Positions 1 through 13,644 of a DNA stretch of 64,000 bases are shown here, one piece after another. The stretch spans positions 71,920,001 through 71,984,000 of the forward strand of contig OZ024747.1 in NCBI GenBank assembly GCA_964016885.1. The letters are read 5' to 3'. Position numbers and translations under genes: made by a program. Below the pieces are notes generated by a model. It had not been told where the DNA came from, ran no database searches, and was given only the letters and a program-made list of their open reading frames with translations. The DNA comes from Eledone cirrhosa (lineage: Eukaryota). Each line of letters starts with the position of its first letter. Position 1 is the first letter of the stretch.

Positions 1-68
1 CAAATTTCAGGTGAGCGTGCTAGAAGTGTTAAATGAATCTTAGTGGAATTAACTCTCAATCTACGGTG

Positions 69-290
69 CAAACTCTACAATAAGTATCGGCTACTCTTTG
101 ATAGTTTGGGGGTTGAACCCGTGACAGTGGAGACTTCTGGCATTCTTTGACTCCTCCCCCTCCTCTCCAGACCACGTCCCTACTCACTACTATCGAAGCA
201 GAGTTGGCTATCCGTAAGTGCGATCCCCACGAGGTGGAGAGGCTATTCCAGCGCGTCTCCATCCTCATCCTCCTGCCAATATCTTCTCCA
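69..290 (+). mobile_element. Degenerate 3' end of a CRE-like (restriction-like endonuclease) non-LTR retrotransposon
   Basis: Frameshifted peptides KYRLLFDSLGVEPVTVETSG and KCDPHEVERLFQRVSILI resemble the K-Y...P-x-x-VET-x-G and FQRxS motifs of CRE-type C-termini. Confidence 0.55.
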
Positions 291-1379
291 CTAGGACAAC
301 GAGGCGGACTGACCTTTAAATTTCATTTATGGTGGTTGTATGTGGAATAAATTTGCTTACGTTCTATTGAGATTCAGCAATTATTTAAGTGGGCAAATTA
401 GAAAATTGATGTTCATGAACTACAACTACTAATACTACTACTACAAATAATAATTGTTTCTACTTTTGGCACAAGGCCAGCAATTATCCAGTGCATTACT
501 GGTACTTTATTTTATTGACCCCATAAGGATGAAAGACAAAGTTAACCTCAGCAGAATTTGAACTCACGATCGGTCCAAAATAATATTATTGGTTTCCGTA
601 CGAGACCAGCCAAGTGATGAAAAAAACCATAATTTTCAGCACGGAACAGACTCTTCAGAACCGCTGTTCATCCTCCCTTAATCCCCCGAAAAAATTCAAA
701 ATGGCTTTTCTCAAAATTTCAAAATTTTTTTACAGGAAAGTGAAAGTTAGATGTCAACTTAGCTAGAAGCAATGACAACAGGTTTATAGTAGTGATCACA
801 TCACATACAAAAACAAACGCAACACCTCATCCCCACCTCGTTGTTATAGCCACAAAGTTAAAACTTTGATGAAAGAAAATACAAAAACAGCAACAACACT
901 AGCAGCCCAAGTGACTTCAAAAAGTAAACATCAATCTATTTATAGACTGATGTTACTGACCTTAAAACGAAGGAAAAAAAACGACAAACAACAACAAAAA
1001 AACCGCCATCAAACAATTATAATGATACCCACGCCGTCGCCACTATCACCACTACCACAGAAGCGTTTGAAAAAAGTAACAATTTAAAAAAATGATAATA
1101 ATGATTTCATCATTAACCATACAGGGCTCACACCAAGAAAACATTAAAGACGATACAAAAATCTTTAATGGTAATAGTGATAGTTAGTATCACATAAATC
1201 GCTTCAAGTCTAGTGATGATATCATGTTAAAAATACTGGTGTTAGTGCAACCTTAAATTCACTAATCCTCTTTATGAGTTCTTAAATGTTGAACATAAAT
1301 AGTTCAAATAATGGTGAACAGGAGACTGGAACTTCATGTGAAGGACTTTCACCCAACAAGTGCTCCTTGTCCCAGCAAC

Positions 1380-2655
1380 AGGGATCCAGCTGTCATCCAA
1401 ATACTGCTGATGTTGGGGGAAGAAGAAGGAATGAGGCAAGAACCAACTAGGCGAAGGAATTGAATAAAACTGAAATGAAATGTTATCTGAAAAATGATCC
1501 CACTAAGAAAGTTTATAGGAAACGAATGCAAACAATCTAGCACAATATTGGTCTATTTAAATTAGGTGAACAAAAACTAGTGGGTCAAGAACTAATGGAT
1601 GGATAAGCGAGATGGAATTGGAGGAACTGAGTAGAGAGATTAAGCTGGAAATGGAAAGTGGAGTAGATCAGATAAATGAGCCTGTAGAAAGTAGAGTGAA
1701 TCAGGCAAATGAACCAGTAGAAAATGAGGTGAAGTGGTTGGGAAACCTGAGGAAGTAACTGTTCAATGATTGCTTGGTGTTGGGTGAAGTAGACCAGTGG
1801 TTGACAAAAGGTACCACTGTTTTAATAATGAAAGACAAAGCCATGATGTTACCAACTATAGGCCTATCACATCTGTCCTTGATTTGGAAATTGATAGCAA
1901 GCATTATGTCTGACGAAACTACCACCACATCGACATAAACAACTTATTGCCAGAGGAACAGAAAGGATGCCAAAAGAAGTCCTGTGGTAGAAAAGACCAG
2001 TTACTTATTGACAAGATGATAATAAGGAACTGCAAGAGGAGGCATACTGGTCTTACCATGGGATGGATAGATTACAAGAAGGCATTCGACATGGCTCCTC
2101 ATTCTTGGATAACCAAGTGTCTGGAAATCTTCAAAGTGGTGGACAACATCAGACTGTTAAGTAATAGCATGAAGTCCTGGGAAACAGAGTTAGCATCAGG
2201 GGGAGGATTCTTGGGAGAAGTGGAAATCAAGAAAGGTATCTTCCATAGAGACAATCTGTCTCCTTATTACTCATATTGTGAAGAGTGTAGGCAGGATATA
2301 AACTGGAAAGAGGAGAGCTTACCATCAACCACCTCTTCTTCGTGTCCAAGAAAGAAGTAACAGCAAAGAGGAAGAACATGAATGAAAAGGCCCTTCATAG
2401 GATATTTTTGAAGAAAACAGCTGACATGGAACTAGTTAAAGAAAAGGGATTTTAAGGAAGCTACAGAGGGAATGCTACTGGCTGCACAGGAGCAAGCCCT
2501 TAGAACAAAGTGGATGAAATATATTGACAAGGAGGAGGCTAGTCTACTCTGTAAGATCTGTGGAGAGAGAGAAAGGAAACAGTGGTTCACATCGTATCCA
2601 TGTGTAAGCAGCTACCCCAGACTCACTATAAAGGATGGAGGCCGGATATCATAGG
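1380..2655 (+). mobile_element. Degenerate R4/Dong-like non-LTR retrotransposon (RT plus zinc-finger remnant)
   Basis: [28 protein letters not shown] and AAQEQALRT..CKIC motifs; multiple stops and frameshifts; left boundary approximate. Confidence 0.8.
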
Positions 2656-2825
2656 ATATCAGCCCTCAACACTGAGTGGTGTAGTAGTGGTGTATTATTA
2701 CCCACAAAATAGAGCAGCTGATTAGCAGTATGGGTCGGGCATCGGACAACATACTTTGCAGCATAGAGTTATATCCCTTACATCCCAAGTTCATTTAACT
2801 TCGCCTTTTATCTTTACAGGGTCGA

Positions 2826-3050
2826 CAAAATGAAGTACTATTAACACATTGGGGTCAATTTAATCAACTTTCTCCTCCCCAAAAATGAAGTACTATTAAC
2901 ACATTGGGGTCAATTTAATCAACTTTCTCCTCCCCAAAAATGAAGTACTATTAACACATTGGGGTCAATTTAATCAACTTTCTCCTCCCCAAAAATGAAG
3001 TACTATTAACACATTGGGGTCAATTTAATCAACTTTCTCCTCCCCAAAAA
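2826..3050. repeat. Tandem repeat, 4 x 55 bp, amplified inside a SINE body
   Basis: Unit aaaaatgaagtactattaacacattggggtcaatttaatcaactttctcctcccc starts at 2826/2881/2936/2991; essentially identical copies. Confidence 0.95.
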
Positions 3051-3711
3051 TTGTTGGTTTTGTGCCTAAATCAGAAACAAATTATTACCAACAAAGTGAA
3101 TAGAACTTGATACCTTGGGTAAAGTGGTTATTATTTGGTGTAGTTCCAGATACATTACATTCCAATACTCACAATTTCATGTCTAACAACAATTTTTAAA
3201 TGATACTGACTGCGAGACATAATTCTGGTACAGTTCGTTGGACAGTTATCTCCCTTCCATCCTAAATACTAAAACTAAGCGTTCATTTACAAATTGTGCC
3301 TGGATTTTAACTAATGGGACCAGCAATCTACTAAATTCCTTATTTCATTATAGACATGAAATATGTTTCTAAGCAACAAATTGAGGGAGAGGGTAATATA
3401 GGGTAATATATATATAGAGAGAGAGTCAATCACTATAAATATTATAAATAATAGTTGGTTGAAAAAAAAACAGATAAAGTACTCCAGGAGATGGAAAGAA
3501 AAGGAGAGAAGTGCTTCTGTCTACTTTTTTTCCATCTCCAGGGGTACCTTCGACTATTGTTATAGTCACATGCGTTGAAATGAATACATTTAATATCATC
3601 ATCATCATTTAACGTCTATCTTCCAATCTAGCATGGGTTGGACGGGAATTGTCCCACTTGAGGCAAGTTTGATCGGGTGACCGTGTCTTGCTCATATAGG
3701 ACTGTATATAT

Positions 3712-4041
<330 letters not shown>

Positions 4042-5978
4042 CCCCATCAGTAACAAATAACTATGGATTTTGCATCTAGAAAGCTCCTCTCATATGCCCA
4101 GGCAGGTGTTTTTGAAGAAAACTAGCAACTGTCCATGCATACGAGTCTTCTCTCTCCATGCCACCAATGTTGACCAAAGGAAAAGCAAAGGCTAAATCAG
4201 CTTGGCACCAGTGACATTACAACTCATTTCTACAGCTGAGTGAACTGGACCAATTTGAAATAAAGTGTCTTATATAAGGATACAACACACCACTTCAGAA
4301 ATTGAACTCACAATCTCCTGATTGTGAACCCAATGCTCTAACTAAACCATGGAAGATTGTGTGTGACAGAGGGAAAGAGATTGAAAAGGTTGACAAAGAT
4401 AGGAACTAGCTGCTTTTGACTAAGAAAATGGAACACTGTTGGAGTTAGTTGCTCTGTTCATTTCAAGATGTTTTTGAATATAATGACAATATATATGTAG
4501 TGGCAAGAGGCAGCGAATTGGCAGAGTCGTTAGAATGTTGGATAGAATGGTTTGCAGTATTTGTTCCAGCTCTGCTTTCAGGTCAACTTTGTTTAAATCC
4601 CACTCAGGTCAACTTTGCTTTTCATCCATTTAAAATCAATAAAAAAAATAGCAGTCTAGTACTGGGGTCAATTCTTCCTCTATATCTCTTTCTCACTTCC
4701 ATTCTTTCACACTCTCTATCCTTCTCTGGAAGAAATCTGCTGTATTCAGACCTGGAGAGGAAGAGGCTCCACTAAAAATGGCCTAGAGACACTGGTATTA
4801 ACCTACAACACCCCTATGACTCCCTACAGGAGTTACAGGGCCATGCATACACACATGCATATGCAGTGGCAGAGCTAAGAGGAAGTTGAAATGAGCTTTG
4901 TTGAGAAAAAACAATGTAAAGCTAGAATCAAAGTGTAGAGAAAATGCAGAGGTCATTTTGGTTGATGTGCAATCAACAAAATCATCTAGATTGATAAGTG
5001 GTGAGTAGGATGGTTCTGCAAAGTTGGTTAACAAGAAGGCTCTGATAAAATTTGGGAACTAAATGAGTTTTCAGGCTGTAGAGTGTGTAAAGGCATCCTT
5101 TGCATTTTTATGATACTTTTGTAGATGTTGCAATGGTGAGAAAAAGTGTCAGTTGGTTCACAGTAAAACTATATTTCTGTTTGAAATATAGTCATCATCA
5201 TTTTACGTCCGCTTTTCCTTGCTTGCAAGGGTGGGACGGGTCCTTTTCAGCACAGCATCTCTCCATTCGTCACGGTCCTTCATCATCTCCTCTGTGACCT
5301 TCAGCGATCTGAGGTCAGCTCTCACCACCTCTGCCTATGACTTTCGTAGTCTTCCTCTACTGCGTCTTCCTTCCACTGGGATTTCTTGGCACTTCTTTAC
5401 CCAGCAGCCATCCTCCATGCACATCACATATCCATACCAACGCAGTCTTCTCTCACCGCACGCTACAGTTTATCCCTCTTATACAGTTTCTCTCTCAACT
5501 CGTCTCTGCTTTGTCGTTAAATATAGTTGTCCTGACATAAATTATAAAAATAAGCAATCACAATAAATAACAATTGAAGAACATCAGGTAAACTCTCTTG
5601 GAGATATAAATAAGCAGACAGATTTGCTTGTAAGAAATCAAGCCCCACATCTTGTAGATATGAGGTGAATGTAGTACCCATTATACTAAGAGGTATTTGG
5701 TCACTGATTGCCATCTTTAAGAAGATTGTAAGCCAGTAACTAGAAATGTAAACAAAGTGGTTGTCTTAAGAAACATTGAGAAAAATAGAAATTTGAAAGG
5801 TAGTCGTCCTAACGTAAATGACTATAAAAATAATAGTCAGCCACTATAAATAATAGTTGAGAAACTTAGGTAAAGTAGCACTGGATATGGAAAAATAGTG
5901 GACAAAGTCACTTGTGAGCAATCAAATCTTGCTTCTTTCAGATGCCGAGTGATGCTACAACTGAACAATATCCTAAAT

Positions 5979-6250
5979 AAAACCAAAAATAATATTTATT
6001 TTACATAATATATATAACTTGATCCAGTGATAATTTTAAAATAAACTACAAGTATTGAGTCATAATTATAGTCTTAAATGATTTACTTTTCTAAATAAAA
6101 TTTAAAGATACAACAGGAATTAGTAAAACCAGAAATAATATTTATTTTACATAACATATATAACTTGATTCAGTGATAATTTTAAAATAAACTACAAGAT
6201 GTTTTGAGTCATAATTATAGTCTTAAATGATTTCCTTTTCTGAATAAAAG
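5979..6250. repeat. Tandem duplication (~146 bp period) downstream of the MAPK15 stop (putative 3' UTR)
   Basis: aacc(a/a g)aaataatatttattttacataa...ataattatagtcttaaatgattt occurs from 5981 and from 6127. Confidence 0.85.
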
Positions 6251-6336
6251 CTAAAAATATAAAAGGAATTTAATAAAACAGTGTACTCGAGTAGTTTTTC
6301 ACACAACAATAAAATGGAACAAGTGTAATGTAAATG

Positions 6337-6522
6337 TCAATATTTTTTCTTATTCAAAGCAGCTAGACCACTTGCAGTAATTGTACCATATGCCTGAGAA
6401 TAACTGCCGAAAGTATACTTGGCGACACCAGCAGAAGAGTTGTTCATGATATTGTTAAATTGACGTCGACCATAAACAGGTCTGGGTGGAATTCCTTTTG
6501 CTGATTCTTGTTGAGCATTGGA
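6337..6522 (-). CDS. MAPK15: MAPK15 terminal coding exon ([22 protein letters not shown]...[24 protein letters not shown])
   Basis: ttgtag| acceptor, TGA at 6337-6339; conserved MAPK15 C-terminal YSQAYGT motif. Confidence 0.9.
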   Translation of the reverse strand, partial: SNAQQESAKGIPPRPVYGRRQFNNIMNNSSAGVAKYTFGSYSQAYGTITASGLAALNKKKY

Positions 6523-9500
6523 CTACAAAAAGAAAAGCAAAAAGATGACATAAAATATAAGTAGATATTTCAACTTAGCTAATAATGATTTCCAATTTAA
6601 AATAAGGTGTCAGCAATTTGAGGAAAAATATAAAGTCAATTAAATCAACACCAACCCCAGTACTGAACTTGGACATTATAATGGAAGGTGAAGACCCTAC
6701 TTTTTTCCTAAAATAAGTCTCAAAAATCTACCATGCGAAAATTAGGGTGCGTCCTCGGTGCCAGGAAATACAGTAACCTTGGTGGGATTTGTTGAACTAT
6801 CTTTAGAAAAGTGAAAATTTATAAATATGGTTTATAATAACTGTCTTTCTTTGTCAGTTAATTTGTTTTCATAGAGCTAATCAAGTGAGTAGTTAGGTCG
6901 TAACTGAAAGTGGACCATCATCTGCATCACTAAAGCCTGGGTCATTATTTATGGCGGAAATCTGGTTGGAAAAGTAATCAGAGGAAAGCCGTGTTGGATG
7001 ATTTGGGGAATATAAGGGATACAACTCCGGGAATACTTGAAATATATTATTACATAGAAATTGTTTCATATGTTGATAATTTAATTCAGTATTTGATTAC
7101 TGATGACATTTAAAAAATATATATATATATATATATATATAAACATCGTGTATGAAGCTCGAACATTCAAACTTAAGAAGAGCTAAGGAAATATAGTTAG
7201 AAATATAGTCAGTTGCTATAAGTTAGCTTATAAAAATCAAGTAAAGACCCTTAGAGATGCAGGATCTTTTTCTGCCTCTAGGGATTTTATACTCGATTTT
7301 TATAAGATAGTTTTTTAGAAACTGACTGTACTTGCAGTTATTTTCCTTGTTTGAGCATCTTACATATTCTATATATATATATATATATGAGAAAAGTCGA
7401 AAAGTAAACAGAAAAACCACAACAGACAATGAAGTAGGACTAAAATATATATTAGTTTAAAGCTTAATATGGTAGATCTAGCCCCTCATTGTTTATAATA
7501 ATAATTGTTTCTACTTTTGGCGCAAGGCCAGCAATTACCCAGTACATGACTGGTACTTTATTTTATCGACCCCGTAAGGATGAAAGGCAAAGTTAACCTC
7601 GGCAGGATTTGAACTCAGAATGGAAAGGGTCGTAACTTATGCGTCAAAGCATGGCGTCCGACCCTCTACCGATACTGCCAATCCACTGGTTTCTTATATA
7701 GGCACAAGGCCAACATTTTTGGTGGGAGGGGCAAGTCAATTAAATCGACCTCAGTGGGTTACTGGTACTTTATTTTATCGACCTCGAAGGATGAAAGGCA
7801 AAGCTAACATCAGTCGGATTTGAACTCAGAACATAAAGAGACGTAACTATAAGCTGGCTGCAAAGCATATTGTCCGACACTCTACCGATACTGCCAATCC
7901 ACCACCCCCATATAATAATAATTATAATAATAATAATAGTAACAATGCCAACATCAGTGTCATATGATCACCAACACATGCAAAATAATGAAGAAGCAAA
8001 ATGTCACAAACCAGAGGTGAAGATGTAATGCAGAGTGAAGTTTTATCTCGTGTAATCATAGGATTGCAGCTTTGAATCATTGCTGTTATAGAGCTAGTTC
8101 GGTGACGGCTTCCTGCTGGGGCTGAAATGTTGCGATTTGTAACAGTCTCTGCATCAAAACCTTGCTAAAATATACAAAATATAAATAATTATTCACTAAA
8201 ACTGTCATCTTTTAATATAAATAACATGCATGTAAAAAGACAATTGACCACAAATAGGATTCATATAATTACTTAATACATTCCACACTGTAAATGTGGT
8301 TAGTGTTAGGAAGTGTGTCCAGCTATAGAAATCAAGCCAGAAACAGTTCTGTATGAGCAAAACATGGTCACCTGATTTGACATCTCACAATGGAATAATT
8401 CGTCTAATCTATGCTTGCATGGAAAATGTGATGATGATGATTTCAATCCCAAATAAATGTATTGTTATTTCAGAAAACCGTCCAAGGAGTCCAAGGAAAC
8501 TACTGCTAGTGAACATCAGTGAAAATCAATTAAATAAAGCTATCTAACGAAAGGTAGTGGTGAAACATTAGAATTCCCTTCTCACTGGTATACAAACTTG
8601 CTTCATTTAAGGAATTTCATAATTACCTTAGATCAGGAGTCCCTAATGTTTGATATCAACCTCCATGGACTGCCCAGGGTGGTTGATTAAATTTGAGGGC
8701 CAAACCTGACATTTGAAAATATATATATCTTTTTAGGACTATCTAATGTGTTATTTTCCTTTTTTAAGACACTATACAGAGAAGATTTGGCTACTAGTTC
8801 TAGCAGATAGAGAAACTTTCTGGAGGTGTCCTCATTGGCTTGTACTTACCTTGTTAGATTCAACATGGACAGCATTTTCAAATGGTTTAAATCTAGAAAC
8901 AGGTCTAAGATGGTTTTGTAAATGTCGATGAGTGGAGGGAAATGTATTCTGTGTATTTACTGTAGAATGTGAAGTAAAAAAAGAATGAAAAAAGTTTAAT
9001 AATATTAAAATAATAGCCAAAAATAATTTCTATTATATACTATCAACATACACAGACATGGCTGAGTGGTTAAGGAGTTTACTTCACAACCACATGGTTC
9101 TGGGTTCAATCCCACTGCTTGGTATTTAGGGCAGTGAATTGGAAGAATTGGTAGAGCGTCAGACAACATGATTTGTAGCATGTAGTCACGGCACTTTATG
9201 TTCTGAGTTCAATCCTGCCGAGGTTAGCTTTGCCTTTCATCCTTACGGGGTCGACAAAATAAAGCACCAGTAATACACTGGGGTCGATTTAATCGACTTT
9301 CCCTCCCCCGCAAATTGTTGGTCTTGTGCCTAAATCAGAAATATACTATCAACAATATTGACAAAAGAGTTGCTTAAAAAAAAAAAAAGAGAGGATACAA
9401 GATTTCTCATAATCAATCGAATATGGCTAAATTGTTTCTAGGTAACTATAACTCGTGTCACAAAAACTATTTGAGATATTTTCTTATCTTCTTCAGTGAA

Positions 9501-10365
9501 TTAAAGTTTGAATTCAAAACAATTTTTGATTTAATGCATATCTATCTTGGATAAGATGTTATTAATGGACTGTGAAGCACAAAATTATTTCAACCAATAA
9601 TCAGAAAAAGAGAATTTAAAATAGTTCCTCTCAAATGGAGTTTGATGAAGATTTCAAAAATATTAACTTACCTTTTTCAGGGACACGTGATTTACTGGCA
9701 GAGTGTAGAGAATCCTTATAAACATCACCTACTGCGTTATAGGGACAACCTACTACTGCTGCTAGTGGAGAAAGCTGCTTTCTATTTTCCTTATAAAATG
9801 CTTTTTCTTGTGATTTCATAGGGTCGATTTTATCGTGATGTTTTTGTTGCCAAGAATTTTTCTCAATAATCATCTAAAACAAATTGAAATTGAAACAAAA
9901 TATTTAGTTAGTCTGGCTAAATACAGAATAGGCAGAGAGGACACCATTGTGGTCCACAGTTTCTTTATTAATGAAGCAGATAGTTTACATCTTAATGCAT
10001 TCATGAGAAAAATAAAAACAAAAATTTCAAATGCTGCTCTTTAAATGACTCTTTCAAATATTACTCATTCCTGGAGAGGAAAGAAGATTTGATGAATTTA
10101 TTCAAGAAAAGATTGACATTAAATGCAAACGAAATTATAGTTAATTATTACCTCATACAATTTCTTTCTGTAATCTTCAACAGTGAGCTGGACTTCATCA
10201 CTAAGGCAAGGTACAATATCACTATCAAGACTAATTTCTTCTACAGGTTTCCGGAAGCTAGTAAACAAAATAAAGATAAACATTCAATTACACTACACCA
10301 TGAGCTCAAAAACCTGACTTAATGTGGATACACAGGCACAAACACATACACATATACATACATGC

Positions 10366-10399
<34 letters not shown>

Positions 10400-11461
10400 T
10401 CCGACCTCACACACTTACACCTCTCCAAGACAATGTCACTGGACCGAGACCTTTGGCGGTACTCAGTAATAGAGAAGACCCGCCTTACCTAAATACAAAG
10501 TAAAACCTACTACAGTCAGTAGGCATCTCTAACAAAATACACCCCCGTCCCACCACCCCCACCCCATCCACACCGCCCCTTTCAATGTAAAGTTATGTTG
10601 GTGCCACAACATCCAGGCCGAAACAAACGAGATCGTGTAGGTGTCACAACAAAAAAACACACAGTTCACGCTGTAATGTGGCCGTGTAGGTAACACGGTA
10701 AAAACCTCCCAGCCCCACACTGTAAATGTGGTTGGTGTTAGGAAGGGCATCCAGCTGTAGAAAACCCGCCAGACAGTCCTATGCGAGCAAGACAATCACT
10801 CTTGCCTCAAGTGGGAAAACCCCCGTCCAAACCCATGCAAGCGTGGAACACGGACGTTAAACGATGATGATGATGATGATATTTGTATATATATATATGC
10901 ACACAAACACACATACATATATATATATATATACTTTTGTTATTCATAATTCTGGTACAGTTTTTAGTGGGTAGAGTCAGGTCTACAGCATCAATATAGA
11001 TCCAGAGCCACCCATCTGTGAAACGGTTGTAACTATGTATACTCAAATATACCTGAATGTGAAACCTCACTTTGTTTTCAATATATATACATATATGGAG
11101 GCACATGGCTTAGTGGTTAGAGCATTGGCCTTGCAATGGAGGCACATGGCTTAGTGGTTAGAGCATTGGCCTTGCAATCGAAAGGTTGTGAGTTCAATTC
11201 TCAGACCGGGTGATGTGTTGTTTCCTTGAGCAAGACACTTTATTTCACATTGCTCCAGTTTACTCAGCTGTAGAAATGAGATGATAGGGACTGGGGTCCC
11301 TATCATTCCACTGCAAAGTGGTCGTGGAGGTGCCACGGCAAAAAAAGCACCCAGCACTCACTATGAGGTTAGTGTTAGGAAGGGCATCCAGCTGTAGAAA
11401 TCAAGCCAGAATCAGTTCCCATCCCACCCTTGCAAGCAGGGAAAAGCGGACGTAAAATGAA

Positions 11462-11502
<41 letters not shown>

Positions 11503-11915
11503 AATGGCCCATATAATGTCACTCACACCTGTAACCACTCCTGCGCACCCCTCCACCTAGTCACTAGTAGACAAAATATGATTTGCATTCTTGGTGAGCT
11601 CTATAACAAAGTCAGACTCTCTCTCTCTCTCTCTCTTTTTTTCTCTCAATATATGTATATATATATATCCATTTTTAATTCTTGTACCCTGCTTTTCACT
11701 TTCCATTAGACAGACGAATGAACAGGCAATCAGACAGATAGATAAACAGATAGATATAGGCGCAGACATGGCTGTTTGATTAAGGAGTTCACTTCGGAAC
11801 TACATGGTTACAGGTTTAGTCCCAATGCATGGAACTTCGCTCAAATGAGTTCTGCTATGGCTTTGGGTTGACCGATGCCCTTTGAGCGAAATTTGGTAAA
11901 TGGTGTGTGAAAGCC

Positions 11916-11964
<49 letters not shown>

Positions 11965-13613
11965 TTACTTTATAATGACTTTACACATTTTGGGGAAATT
12001 ACTTGTCAGTTTCACCTAAAAATCATACCTTAAAATGTGCTAAATATACACCATGACTGAAAAACGTTTCTTCAGACCCAATATATTTACAACATGGCTG
12101 TTTGATAGTCTGCGAGAGATCGTGAGAAATGGATAGAATCTGTGAGAGAAGGCGGAAAGAGACAATGCAAGGGCAACAACCCTGCCATTCTGAATTGGCG
12201 AGTTGTTTGCCCTTATATCACAAAATAGTTGTATAGTGAGTATATGTTTGGATTAGTTGAAGTCTATATTTTAGAAATTCGTGTATCAAGGTGAAAAAAA
12301 ATGAGAGGCAGTGACAGTCACTGTAGATCCAACCACTGAGGTGGCAGGTGATTTGGAGAATGGCTTTTCCAATATGCAAGGAGGTACTTCCTAAAATGAA
12401 TATCTGGGATGTTCATTTGAGGAGTTCGTTCCTTGAAGGATTAGATTCTTTTTAATGTGCAAAGCCTGCATCCCCTAGATCTGTTAATGTAGGCTTTAGG
12501 TTTTTCAAAGATCAGCTATTTGATATTATAGTGTTTATTTGTCTTTCAAAATCCATATATGGTTTTCTAATGCTGTAGAGATTTTCATCTCAGCATTCCT
12601 GAAGAATGAGACATGGAGGTAATATCTCTGTTTAAAATGTCCTTCAGTTAAACTATTCAATAACCTCAATGTGTTGTCCTAGCTCATTATTATAAAAGTC
12701 TTTAACATAAGAAAACTACAATTAATGCATCAAAATAAAAGATAATTTATAAATTTATATATTTATTTCCACAGATCTTGCTAATACTTTCTAAGATATT
12801 TTACCGAGCAACATATGGATGTTGGAGACATTCCTCAATTGTGATTCTTTTGTCAGGATTGAAATGCAGTAACCTCATCACCAAATCTACAGCCTCAGAT
12901 GATATGTCTTTCAATGTTTCCGTTAAACATTTCTTTGGCCTGAAATATAAACAGAAGTAAAAACAAAATGAAATTGAAAAACTGTAAATGATCACTATAA
13001 ATGATCACCAAATGGGATGTGTAATATATGGAGACCAAAACAGTGGGAATAGAAATAGGGATGAAGAACAAAGAATGGAAAGAATACTAGTCCAAATGTT
13101 TATAATAGAGATAAAAATAATAAAGAAAATGTGAGTTAAAAAACTTTCAGCATTCTTGGTCCCAAGACTCCCTCCTATCAGGGCCACATTGGACACCCAC
13201 AGAAGTGATACCCACAGGGCAACACTTTCTCCATTCTATCTACTGGGACTACAAGATGATTTGCATCAAGAGTTCCATATGCCAGAGAGTATTCTCCCGC
13301 ACCACCTGGGCATGTATCAATGGGGTAGTGATATTTGAGAACTCTTTTTTGTTCTGTATTTTCAATTTAAAAAGTTACATGGACAAACAATTGTGGTTTC
13401 GAGAATTTATCACTGTAAATATAAACCTCTAGATTTATACATCTAGAAACATATCAAATTTGCTTTAACAAAATTTCTGATATTCTAGAATGAAAATGAA
13501 AATGAATTTAATGTAACAAAGTGTTGAGATAAACCCAAACTGCCACAAGATATGTAATAATAGAAATACACTATAAAATAATGATTTCTACGATAGGCAC
13601 AAGGCCAGCAATT

Positions 13614-13644
<31 letters not shown>

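Noticed and set aside
2826-3050. CRISPR-like regular repeat
   Set aside because: Units are contiguous with no unique spacers, derive from a SINE, and there are no cas genes; eukaryotic context
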